Origin: Vulcanimicrobiota bacterium
GTDB taxonomy: Bacteria; Vulcanimicrobiota; Vulcanimicrobiia; Vulcanimicrobiales; Vulcanimicrobiaceae
DNA: 64,000 nucleotides
Direction: 5' to 3'
Assembly (NCBI GenBank): GCA_963695225.1
Contig: OY968762.1
Coordinates: 320,001 to 384,000, forward strand
Shown here piece after piece: positions 55,494 through 64,000 of the stretch (positions are counted from its first letter, which is position 1; each line of letters starts with the position of its first letter). Below the pieces are notes generated by a model. It saw nothing but the letters and a program-made list of their open reading frames with translations, had not been told where the DNA came from and searched no databases. The translations under genes and the position numbers were made by a program.

Positions 55494-55538
55494 CGACGAT
55501 GACGGCTCGGCCGGACGCAAGAGAAAGTTTGATTCACT

Positions 55539-55847
55539 ATGGCTAAACAGAAGATTCGCATCCGCCTGAAGGCGTACGATCACAAGATTCTCGACCAATC
55601 CGCCGAGCGCATCGTCGAGACCGCGAAGCGGACGGGAGCGTTCGTCAGCGGCCCTGTTCCCCTGCCCACCGAGATCAATCGGTTCTGCGTGAACCGTTCG
55701 CCTCACGTCGATAAGAAGAGCCGCGAGCATTTCGAGATGCGCACGCACAAGCGGCTGATCGATATCCTCCAAGCCTCGCCGAAGACGATGGATGCATTGA
55801 TGCATCTCGACCTTCCGGCCGGCGTCGATATCGAACTGAAGGCTTAG
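55539..55847 (+). CDS. rpsJ: 30S ribosomal protein S10 (NusE)
   Basis: [32 protein letters not shown]. Confidence 0.99.
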   Translation: MAKQKIRIRLKAYDHKILDQSAERIVETAKRTGAFVSGPVPLPTEINRFCVNRSPHVDKKSREHFEMRTHKRLIDILQASPKTMDALMHLDLPAGVDIELKA

Positions 55848-57677
55848 CTAGCGTTCGCCGGAAACGGCGTCGCGCTGCGGGGCGGAACGGACGCGATTCC
55901 GCCCCGTTTTCTTTGCGCGATAGAGCGCGCGGTCGGCCCGTCCGATGAAGCCGGGGGTAGCTTCCCCGAAGTTGCGGACGGCGACGCCGGCGCTGACCGT
56001 GATCCTCGCGGGCGGGGCGATTTCGGGCACAACGAGCGCGGCGATTTCGGCCCGAATCCGCTCGGCAAGCACCTCGTTCGTGGCGACGTTGCCTCCCACG
56101 GTGATGAGTGCGAATTCATCGCCTCCGAAGCGGACCGGGACGTCGGCGGCTCGGCTGTTCCGTGCGAGAACGCCTGCGGCCGCCGTCAATACGCGATCGC
56201 CGGCGAGGTGGCCGAAGCGATCGTTGATGTCCTTGAAGCGGTCGAGATCGAACATGATGATGCCGACCGGCTCGGTAGAGCCGCGGTCTTGGAGCGCGCA
56301 GAGATGCTTGAGCCGCTCGCTCATGTAGAGACGCGTGAACAAACCCGTCAGCGCATCCCGGATCGAGCGCTCGTAGATGCTCTCCCGGTCGAGTTCAAGA
56401 GAGCGCAGGAGCATTTCGCGTTCGACGGCGACCTGCAGGGGCAAACTGAGATGCGCGATCAACTCCTTCAGATCCGGCGTCGGGTCGAAGGGACGCGCGA
56501 GCCTGATGACCGCCGCCCCTTCGGCGGTGCGATCGGTTGGCGAGAAGAGCGGGACGATGAGGGCGGGCTCGCCCTGCGGGGCGTCGAGCGGCCAGGACGC
56601 ATGGGCGAAGGCGGAGGCGTTGCGGGCCGTCCAGTCATCTTGCCGGGCCCCGAGGATGTCCGCGAGCGCCGCCGGTGCAGCGCCCTTTTCGCCGTGGTAG
56701 TGGTGCTCGGAGACGAGCGCGAGCGCTTCGGGCCACTCGAGGGCGGCGTAGAATTCCAAACTCTCGACCGGCAAGAAGCGACCGATGATGTCGCCCAAGC
56801 GAACGGCGATGTCGCGAAAGTCCCTGTGAAGGGTCAGCGTCTCGCCGATCTCCCGCAAGGCGGCATTGCGACGGCTGAGCCGCAGCATGTCGTTTGTCGA
56901 GTCCGCGAGCAGATAGAGCCCGCATTCGATCTCCTTGAGCTTTGCGATCATGTAAGGGACGAGTCGCTCCGGGATGATCGCGCCGTGTTGGGGCGCGATC
57001 TGCCGGATCGGCAGCACTTCGAGGTTGGAGAGCGTGTAACCGAGGATCGCGCGGCTCGGCATGTAGTGCTCGTGAAACGGGCGGAGCGATTCGAAGTGGC
57101 TTTCATCTTGCGCGTAGAGAGCCGGGCACTCGTCGCTGAAGCCGCCGAAGATGTCCGATGAAAACAGCGTCCCGGTCGTGGCGTCGAACGTCGCGAACGC
57201 TCCGGCGAAGTGGCAGTACGGCGTGAACGTGAAACGCAAGATCCTCCCGCCGAGATCGAGCTGCCAGTCGTGCTCGTCGACGCGCCAAAACGGCAGGTTC
57301 TTCAGCGCGTAATGCTTGAGGAGCGTTTCGGTGCGCCAGTGCGTGACGATCGCGGCATCCGGGCGCGTGACCGAGGCGTCGATCTCCGGCAGCGCCGCGG
57401 CGATGTCGGGGTCCTGATGGTGGCACAGGAAGTACTTGACGTTCTGCAAGCCGACGAGCGCTTCGACCTGACTGCGCGTCTCGGGCCACGTAATCAGCGA
57501 GCCGGGATCGATGAGGACCGACTGGTCGCCGTGTTCGATGAGGTAGGAATGGCACTGAAAGCTGTCGCCCGGAATGACGCGCCCGACCCACCAGGTTCTG
57601 GGCGCTATCTCGATCGGGCCGATCGCCGGTCTTTCGGAAGCGGGATCGGACGTTGCCGATGGCGGCTCGGTGCGCAT
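55848..57677 (-). CDS. MBL-fold (ODP-like di-iron) + GAF-like + GGDEF diguanylate cyclase
   Basis: LIDPG, HHQDPD, CHFAG, FSSDIFG, APQHG; RDALTG, DLDRFK, RAAD I-site, RFGGDEF. Confidence 0.88.
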   Translation of the reverse strand: MRTEPPSATSDPASERPAIGPIEIAPRTWWVGRVIPGDSFQCHSYLIEHGDQSVLIDPGSLITWPETRSQVEALVGLQNVKYFLCHHQDPDIAAALPEIDASVTRPDAAIVTHWRTETLLKHYALKNLPFWRVDEHDWQLDLGGRILRFTFTPYCHFAGAFATFDATTGTLFSSDIFGGFSDECPALYAQDESHFESLRPFHEHYMPSRAILGYTLSNLEVLPIRQIAPQHGAIIPERLVPYMIAKLKEIECGLYLLADSTNDMLRLSRRNAALREIGETLTLHRDFRDIAVRLGDIIGRFLPVESLEFYAALEWPEALALVSEHHYHGEKGAAPAALADILGARQDDWTARNASAFAHASWPLDAPQGEPALIVPLFSPTDRTAEGAAVIRLARPFDPTPDLKELIAHLSLPLQVAVEREMLLRSLELDRESIYERSIRDALTGLFTRLYMSERLKHLCALQDRGSTEPVGIIMFDLDRFKDINDRFGHLAGDRVLTAAAGVLARNSRAADVPVRFGGDEFALITVGGNVATNEVLAERIRAEIAALVVPEIAPPARITVSAGVAVRNFGEATPGFIGRADRALYRAKKTGRNRVRSAPQRDAVSGER

Positions 57678-57821
57678 AGTCTCACGCGTCCTTCGTTCCC
57701 CGGGGCCGAGCGAGAAGCTGGTCGTGGGAAGTATGCGGCCCGCGGGCGGCCGGGGCCTCCAATCGAGCAAGCGCCGTCCTTCCCTTGTAGGCGCGGCGGG
57801 GTTTCGCACGAATCACGGACC

Positions 57822-58247
57822 ATGCCGATCCCATTGGATGTCGTCCACGAGCGTTCGTTTTCCGGGACGCGACGACGCATCTTCAACCTTCTTTCCGAGA
57901 TGGGGACCTCCGGGGACGCCATCTGGCCGTATGCGTCGCAGCCCTTCATGCGCACGCCGGGCCCGCTCACGCCGGGGCGGACGGAGGAATGGCACAGCGG
58001 GTTGCACGCCGTGCTCGCCGAGGTCGTCCCCGAGGACCGCATCGTCTGGCAGATCGACAACGACGGGTTCGAAGGGACGCACGGCTTCTATCTCTCGAGC
58101 GACGGGAAGAAGACCCACATCACCCATCGCATCCACGCGACGCTCTCGGATACGGAGGGCCGCCTGCTGTGGAAGCGCCTGGACGACGTGCACGCGCGCA
58201 CGATGGCGGCGCTCTTCGACAAGCTGGAACGAGTCCTCAAGCGCTAA
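57822..58247 (+). CDS. SRPBCC/START-like protein
   Basis: Size and pattern (IF..L..IWP; EVVPEDRIVW; C-terminal helix). Confidence 0.6.
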   Translation: MPIPLDVVHERSFSGTRRRIFNLLSEMGTSGDAIWPYASQPFMRTPGPLTPGRTEEWHSGLHAVLAEVVPEDRIVWQIDNDGFEGTHGFYLSSDGKKTHITHRIHATLSDTEGRLLWKRLDDVHARTMAALFDKLERVLKR

Positions 58248-58248
58248 G

Positions 58249-58833
58249 TCACTCCAGCTCGCGCGGCAGGTCGAGCGTCGCGACGAACGAGCGGAAGGCA
58301 CGATCCGCGTGAGCCCGGTCGCCGGTCGCGAGCGCTTCGAGAAGGAGGCCGCGGGCCACCGCCGCGAGCAGGATCGACGTGCGCGCCGCGTCCTGCGCGC
58401 CGGCGCCCCCTTCCTGGAGGACGCTCGCGAACATATCGATCGAGTCGGCGATCAGGCGCGCGCCGGCCGCCCCGTAGCGCCGCCGGTCGCGCAGAGCCAA
58501 CGCGTGTAACTCGAACGAGAAACGCAGAAACCGTTCGTGCCGCGGCGCGCTCAGGAAGAGCCATGCCCCCAGAATCTGCGAACGGAAATCGTACCCCGGC
58601 CGCCGCTCGAGCCAGGCCGCGAACAACCCGCGATAGCGGCGCTGGATTTCCTCGACGATCGCGGCGACGAGCCGCTCCTTCGAAGAGAAATGGTAGAGCA
58701 GCGTGCGGGGGCTCACGCCCAACGCCTGCGCGAACGGCCGCAGCGAGAGGTTACCGACGCCGCGCGCGAGGCACTGGTCGGCGGCCTTCGCCAACAGTCG
58801 CGGGCGCAATGCGGGATCGGCGGTGCGCGCCAT
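58249..58833 (-). CDS. TetR/AcrR-family regulator
   Basis: SLRPFAQALGVSPRTLLYHFSSKERL; TTGACA-18-TACGCT 6 nt before ATG. Confidence 0.92.
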   Translation of the reverse strand: MARTADPALRPRLLAKAADQCLARGVGNLSLRPFAQALGVSPRTLLYHFSSKERLVAAIVEEIQRRYRGLFAAWLERRPGYDFRSQILGAWLFLSAPRHERFLRFSFELHALALRDRRRYGAAGARLIADSIDMFASVLQEGGAGAQDAARTSILLAAVARGLLLEALATGDRAHADRAFRSFVATLDLPRELE

Positions 58834-58917
58834 CGCGCGAGCGTAGCATTTATGAAACAGATGTGTCAAGAATAAAGCGCAGGGGAAGCGTGCGGCCCGG
58901 CGTAGTTTCGGCGCACG

Positions 58918-60162
58918 ATGAACCGTCTTGCCGCCACTAGCCTGCGAGCGCTCGCGTGCGCCCTCTGCATCGGAACGTTCGCCGTTCTGCAACCCGCCTT
59001 CGCCGCCGACAAGGGAACGTTTCGAGTCGGCTTGCTCAACCCGCTCACGGGTCCGTACGCCGCGCTCGGCGCGGACGTCAACGCGGGTTTTCAATACTAC
59101 CTCGCCACGCACGGCAACCGTCTCGGCGGATTCGACGTCGCGGTGCGCACCGGCGACGAGGCGAATTCCACCGATGCGGCGCTTTCGAAAGCGCACGAGT
59201 TCATCGAGCAAGACAAGGTCAACGCGATCGTCGGGCTCGTCAACTCAGGGATCGCGTACGGCCTCTCCGACTACGTCGATCAGCAGAAGACTCCGCTCCT
59301 GATCACGGTCGCGGGCGCCGACGGCTTGACGCAAGCGAAAGCGAATCCGTCGGTCTTCCGGGTCTCGTACACGAGTTCGCAGGATGCGATGCCGCTCGGC
59401 GCATACGCGTGCAAGCAGCTTGGGAAGAAGACGGCGGCGATCGTCGGGTTGGATTATGCGTTCGGCTGGGAAGCCGCCGGCGGATTCGCCCGCACGTACA
59501 CGGACGCGGGCTGCAAGATCGTGCAAGAGATCTACGCTCCGCTCGGCACGCAGGATTGGTCGCCGTTCGTGCAGCGGATCGACAAGAACGCGTCCGTCGT
59601 GTTCGCGGTGATCGCGGGCGCCGATGCGATCCGTTTCTTGGCCGCGGCCCGCGATTACGGCGTGAAGGCGGAGATCATCGGGCACGGCGCCCTGACCGAC
59701 GAGCAGATTCTGCCCGCCGAGGGCGCGACCGCAAACGGAATCATCACGACGCTCCATTACGCGGCGACGCTTCCGACCAAAACGAACACCGCTTTCCGTC
59801 TGGGTTACGAGGGCGCGACGAACAAGAGCGTCTCGCAATACGTCGAGGACGGCTATGCGGCCGCGCAAGCCCTCGACGCGGCCCTCGCGCAACTCCCCGC
59901 CGGTCCCGTGCAAAGCCAGGCGTTCACGGCGGCGCTCCGCACGGTTCGGATCGACGCGCCGCGCGGTCCGTTGCACTTCGATCCGAAACAGCAAGCCGTG
60001 TACAACGTGTACGTCCGGCGCGTGCGCCAGGTCGGCGGAAAATACCGCAACGAAGTGATCGACACGTTTATCAACGTCTCGCAGTTCTGGCGGTACGATC
60101 AGAATGCATACCTCGCGTTCCCGCCGTACGCGAAGTTGAAGGGGACCTGGGCGAAGCCGTAG
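58918..60162 (+). CDS. Liv-type ABC transporter substrate-binding protein
   Basis: Signal peptide; RVGLLNPLTGPYAALG, DYAFGWE, DAPRGP. Confidence 0.9.
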   Translation: MNRLAATSLRALACALCIGTFAVLQPAFAADKGTFRVGLLNPLTGPYAALGADVNAGFQYYLATHGNRLGGFDVAVRTGDEANSTDAALSKAHEFIEQDKVNAIVGLVNSGIAYGLSDYVDQQKTPLLITVAGADGLTQAKANPSVFRVSYTSSQDAMPLGAYACKQLGKKTAAIVGLDYAFGWEAAGGFARTYTDAGCKIVQEIYAPLGTQDWSPFVQRIDKNASVVFAVIAGADAIRFLAAARDYGVKAEIIGHGALTDEQILPAEGATANGIITTLHYAATLPTKTNTAFRLGYEGATNKSVSQYVEDGYAAAQALDAALAQLPAGPVQSQAFTAALRTVRIDAPRGPLHFDPKQQAVYNVYVRRVRQVGGKYRNEVIDTFINVSQFWRYDQNAYLAFPPYAKLKGTWAKP

Positions 60163-60196
60163 GCCCGCCGAGGGGGCGGGCGCCTAGGGCACGGCG

Positions 60197-61045
60197 ATGA
60201 TCACGGCGTTCCTCAGCGGCCTGGCTTACGGCATGCTGCTCTTCGTCGTCGCGCTCGGACTGACGCTCTCGTTCGGTCTGATGCGCGTCGTCAACTTGGC
60301 GCACGGCGCTTTCTACCTGCTCGGCGGATACTTGACGCTCGCGCTCATCGCGCGCGCGGGCCTGCCGTTCTGGTTCGCGGTCGCGCTGGGAGCGGCGGCG
60401 ACGGCCGCGCTCGGCGCGCTGCTCGGAACGGCGCTGCTGCGGCGTTTCCCGGGGGACGAGATGGGGCAGATCGTCTTCACGCTCGGGATCGGTTACGTCG
60501 TCGGGGACGCATTGAGTTGGGCGTTCGGTGCCGATCCGCAGAGCGTCCCGCGCCCGCCCGGCCTCGAGGGGACGATCGCCCTGTTGGGCGGGCGCTTCCC
60601 GACGTACCGTCTCGCGCTGATCGGGTTCGGCGCGGTGCTGTTCGGTGCGCTCGAAGTGCTCTTCGTGCGGACGTGGCTCGGGCTCGCGATTCGCGCCGCC
60701 GTCGACGATCCCGCGATGGCCCGCTCCGTCGGCGTGCGCGTGACGTTCCTGTATACGGCGACGTTTGCCGCCGGGGCGGCGCTCGCCGCGCTCGCCGGGG
60801 GCGTCGGCGCTCCGCTGCTCGGGCTTTCCCCGTCCAGCGGCTTCGAGATCCTGATGCTCGCGCTCGTCGTCGTCGTCGCGGGCGGGCTCGGCTCGATCCG
60901 CGGCTCGTTCCTGTGCGCGCTCCTCGTCGGCCTCATCCAGCAGTTCGGCTCGCTCTATTTCCCCGGGCTCGCGCTGTTCCTGACGTTCGTCCCCGTTGCG
61001 CTGCTCCTCGCCGTGCGGCCGCGCGGCCTGTTCGGACATGCGTAG
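60197..61045 (+). CDS. LivH-like permease
   Basis: ALGLTLSFGLMRVVNLAHGAF, GGLGSIRG, RPRGLFG. Confidence 0.92.
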   Translation: MITAFLSGLAYGMLLFVVALGLTLSFGLMRVVNLAHGAFYLLGGYLTLALIARAGLPFWFAVALGAAATAALGALLGTALLRRFPGDEMGQIVFTLGIGYVVGDALSWAFGADPQSVPRPPGLEGTIALLGGRFPTYRLALIGFGAVLFGALEVLFVRTWLGLAIRAAVDDPAMARSVGVRVTFLYTATFAAGAALAALAGGVGAPLLGLSPSSGFEILMLALVVVVAGGLGSIRGSFLCALLVGLIQQFGSLYFPGLALFLTFVPVALLLAVRPRGLFGHA

Positions 61046-62717
61046 CGTCTACGCGCTCGCCGCGCTGGCCGTGGGGACGGCGTGCGCGCTCGTCCTCGCG
61101 CCGCCATTCGTGCAATTCGTGCTGACGCGGATGCTGATCGCCGCGATCTTCGCCGTGGGTTTCAACCTCGTCTACGGGTACGCGGGGATCGCCTCGCTCG
61201 GGCACGCGGCGTTCTACGCGCTCGGCGCGTACGCGGTCGCCTTGGCGAGCGCCGATTCCGGCGGGCTCGCGGCCGCCGCCGTCATCGCGTCGCCGCTCGG
61301 CGGCGCGGCGCTCGGAATCGTCTTCGCGTTCCTGACGCAGCGCACGCGCGGCATCTACACGCTCCTGCTCACGTTGATGCTCGCGCAGGGCCTCTGGGGG
61401 CTCGTCAGCCAGAACGTCGGCGTAACGGGGGGCGACAACGGGATCGCGGGGATCGCGCGCGCGCCCGTCCTTGCGGCGCCCGGCGCATTCGGCCTCGCCG
61501 TGCTCGTCGCGCTCGTCGTCGCGGCGCTGGCGGTGCAGCGCTTCGTCGATTCCCCGCCTGGGCTGATCGTCGTCGCGGGGCGCGAAAGCGAGCCGCGCGT
61601 CGCGGCGTTCGGGTTCTCGATCCTTTCGTACCGGGCGGCGGCGTTCGCGCTCTCGGGCGCGATCTGCGCGTTCGCCGGCGTGCTGCACGCGTACGCCGGC
61701 GGATCCGTCACGCCGCTGGTCGCGCATTGGTCGACGAGCGCCGCCGCGCTCGTCGCCGCGATCCTCGGGGGCCCCGCGTTCGTCCTCGGCCCCGCGCTCG
61801 GCGCCTCGAGCCTCGTCCTGCTCGAGACCGTCGCGTCGTCGCTGACGCAACGCTGGGAGACGTTCTACGGCCTCGCGCTGATTGCGACGATCGTCTTCGT
61901 CCCGCGCGGCCTCCTCGACGCGTTGAAATCGCACGCGCCCCCGGTTGCCCGCGAACCCGCCGAGCAGGCGCATCTCGCAGCAGCGCCGGCCGAGGAGCCC
62001 CGCGCCCTCGGCGAGCCGCTCCTCGAGCTGGCGAACGTCGAGGTCGCCTACGAGGGGACTCCGATCTTGCGCGACTGCTCGCTCGTCCTGCGGGCGGGGG
62101 AGCGCGTCGCGATCGTCGGGCCGAACGGTGCCGGGAAATCGACGCTGTTCGCCGCGATCTGCGGGGACGTCGCGCTCGACGGCGGGCGCATCCGTTTCGC
62201 CGGGAAGGACGTGAGCGCGGCCGGGGCCGACGCGCGCGCCCGCGCCGGGCTCGGGCGGACGTATCAGTTCGGCGCGGTCCCGCGCGCGCTCTCCGTCCGG
62301 GCCTTCCTCGAGCTCGCGCACCTCGCCCGCACCCGCCGGGACGCGTGGTCGTTCGCCCCGCTTGCCGGGATGCCGGGCCTGCAATCCGAGGTCGCGGCGA
62401 CGCTGGAGAGGACCGGCCTCGGCGCGTACGCGGACGTTCCGATCGGCGAACTCTCGGCGGGCGCCCAACGCGTCGTCGAGATCGTGGGGGCGCTCGCCGC
62501 TGGCCCGCGCGTGCTCCTCCTCGACGAACCGACGGCCGGGCTCGACGAGGACGATCGCCGCCGCGTCGTCCGGTTGATCTCCGATCTCCCGCGAACGATC
62601 GGCATCCTCCTGATCGAACACGACCGCGACGTCGTCGCGAAGCTCGTCGACCGGGTCGGCGAACTCGCCGCCGGCCGCATCAAAGGGGAAGGCGAAGCCA
62701 TTGCTCTCGGTCGTTGA
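61038..62717 (+). CDS. Fused LivM-like permease + LivG-like ATPase
   Basis: SLGHAAFYALGAY, TGGDNG; GPNGAGKST, LSAG, LLLDEPTAG, IEHD. Confidence 0.9.
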   Translation: MRSVYALAALAVGTACALVLAPPFVQFVLTRMLIAAIFAVGFNLVYGYAGIASLGHAAFYALGAYAVALASADSGGLAAAAVIASPLGGAALGIVFAFLTQRTRGIYTLLLTLMLAQGLWGLVSQNVGVTGGDNGIAGIARAPVLAAPGAFGLAVLVALVVAALAVQRFVDSPPGLIVVAGRESEPRVAAFGFSILSYRAAAFALSGAICAFAGVLHAYAGGSVTPLVAHWSTSAAALVAAILGGPAFVLGPALGASSLVLLETVASSLTQRWETFYGLALIATIVFVPRGLLDALKSHAPPVAREPAEQAHLAAAPAEEPRALGEPLLELANVEVAYEGTPILRDCSLVLRAGERVAIVGPNGAGKSTLFAAICGDVALDGGRIRFAGKDVSAAGADARARAGLGRTYQFGAVPRALSVRAFLELAHLARTRRDAWSFAPLAGMPGLQSEVAATLERTGLGAYADVPIGELSAGAQRVVEIVGALAAGPRVLLLDEPTAGLDEDDRRRVVRLISDLPRTIGILLIEHDRDVVAKLVDRVGELAAGRIKGEGEAIALGR

Positions 62718-63306
62718 GCTCGAAGCGGAGCCCGGCGGTCCGCGCTGCACGCTGGAAGTCGCCGCCGGCGAGATCGTCGCGCTGGAGGGTACGAGCGCGG
62801 CCCTCCTCTCGCCCGTCCTCGACGCGATCGCGGGGCACGCCGCCCCCGTGGCGGGCCGCGTCCGGCTCGACGGTCGCGACGTTACGACCTTCGAACCCGA
62901 CGCCCGTGCCGCTTTGGGCCTCGGCTATGTGCCGCAAGGGCACCGGGTCTTCGCCTCGCTGCGCGTCGGCGAGCATCTCCGCCTCGCCGAGCGCCGGCGC
63001 GGCGCGCGGTCCCTCACCCGGCGCGACCTCGAAAGGGCGATCCCGCTGCTCGCCGAGCGCCGCGATCAGCTCGCGCGAACGCTCTCCGGCGGGGAGACGC
63101 AGCTCTTACTCCTTGCCCAGGCGCTCGCCGCCAACCCTGCCGTCCTGCTCTTGGACCAGCCGTTCGAAGGCCTCGACGCCGACGCGGTCGCAGTGGTGCG
63201 CGGCCTCCTGCGGGAACGCCGCGACGCCGGGGCGGCAATCCTCATCGCCGACGCCCGAGCGGCCGAAGTCGCCGCCCTCCCGCCCGACCGGACGGTGACG
63301 GTCTAG
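62701..63306 (+). CDS. LivF-like ATPase subunit with degenerate catalytic motifs
   Basis: GLGYVPQG..VF, LSGGE; Walker A replaced by GTSAALLS, Walker B LLLDQP. Confidence 0.8.
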   Translation: MLSVVELEAEPGGPRCTLEVAAGEIVALEGTSAALLSPVLDAIAGHAAPVAGRVRLDGRDVTTFEPDARAALGLGYVPQGHRVFASLRVGEHLRLAERRRGARSLTRRDLERAIPLLAERRDQLARTLSGGETQLLLLAQALAANPAVLLLDQPFEGLDADAVAVVRGLLRERRDAGAAILIADARAAEVAALPPDRTVTV

Positions 63307-63341
63307 CGACCGACGATTGCGGGGCGGCCCCGAGCACCCTG

Positions 63342-64000
63342 CTAAGGCCCGAAGGCTTGGATTCCCGTCTGGGCTCGGCCGAGGATGAGGCCGTGGATGT
63401 CGTGCGTCCCTTCGTAGGTGTTCACGGATTCCAGATTCATCACGTGGCGGATCACGTGGTACTCGTCCGAGACGCCGTTTCCGCCATGCATATCGCGCGA
63501 GACGCGGGCGATCGCCAGGGCCTTCCCGCACGAATTGCGCTTGAGCATCGAGATCATCTCCGGCCGCGCGGAGCCCTCGTCCATGAGATGAGCGAGCCGC
63601 AGGACCGCCTGCAGCGCGAGCGTGATTTCCGTCTGCATGTCCGCGAGCTTGATCTGCACGAGCTGGGTCGCCGCCAGCGGCCGGCCGAACTGCTCGCGCT
63701 CGAGCGTATACGAACGCGCGGCGTGCCAACAGAATTCGGCCGCCCCGAGCGCGCCCCACGCGATCCCGTAGCGGGCCTTATTCAAGCACCCGAACGGGCC
63801 GCTCAGGCCCGAGGCCTTCGGCAAGAGCGCGTCGTCCGGGGCGAACACGTCGTTCATCGAGATCTCGCCCGTGCTCGAAGCGCGCAGGCTGAACTTCCCC
63901 TCGATCCTCGGAGCGGTCAGCCCCTCCATCCCCTTCTCCAGGATGAAGCCGCGGATCACGCCTTCGTCGTCCTTCGCCCAGACGATGAACACGTCGGCGA
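63342..64000 (-). CDS. gcdH: Acyl-CoA dehydrogenase, glutaryl-CoA dehydrogenase-like (5' end outside the window)
   Basis: [41 protein letters not shown]. Confidence 0.88.
   Translation of the reverse strand, partial: ADVFIVWAKDDEGVIRGFILEKGMEGLTAPRIEGKFSLRASSTGEISMNDVFAPDDALLPKASGLSGPFGCLNKARYGIAWGALGAAEFCWHAARSYTLEREQFGRPLAATQLVQIKLADMQTEITLALQAVLRLAHLMDEGSARPEMISMLKRNSCGKALAIARVSRDMHGGNGVSDEYHVIRHVMNLESVNTYEGTHDIHGLILGRAQTGIQAFGP

Overview
High-GC bacterial chromosome window. RpoC, S12 and EF-Tu look Terrabacteria-type, plausibly Eremiobacterota/Vulcanimicrobiota-like (inference only). About 1-23.6 kb is a defence/mobile island: HEPN-DUF499 ATPase, AAA ATPase + DUF4276 pair, frameshifted DUF2075 nuclease-helicase, SbcD/YhaO-like nuclease + SMC/YhaN-like ATPase, and a ~9 kb cassette between ~800-bp direct repeats. 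The cassette holds a secreted trypsin-like protease, an IS3 element interrupted by an IS21 element, and a coupled Gfo/Idh/MocA oxidoreductase + STAND-NTPase/TPR pair. An orphan PemK-like toxin followed by a candidate structured RNA and a HicBA module close the island. About 23.6-37.2 kb holds accessory genes, including an unannotated CxCxCxC precursor peptide beside an RRE-radical SAM/SPASM maturase, MazF and GNAT toxin-antitoxin pairs, and crtI. About 37.2-64 kb is mostly core: a stand-alone rpoC with its own promoter, prolyl oligopeptidase, cruF/cruG-like genes, two diguanylate cyclases, rpsL-rpsG-fusA-tuf-rpsJ (no rplC after it), a Liv-type ABC transporter and partial gcdH. Several genes seem to start at CTG/ATC/ATT behind good SD sites, and others look leaderless. 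No rRNA, tRNA or CRISPR array was seen. All family calls come from motif recognition by eye; no searches were run.
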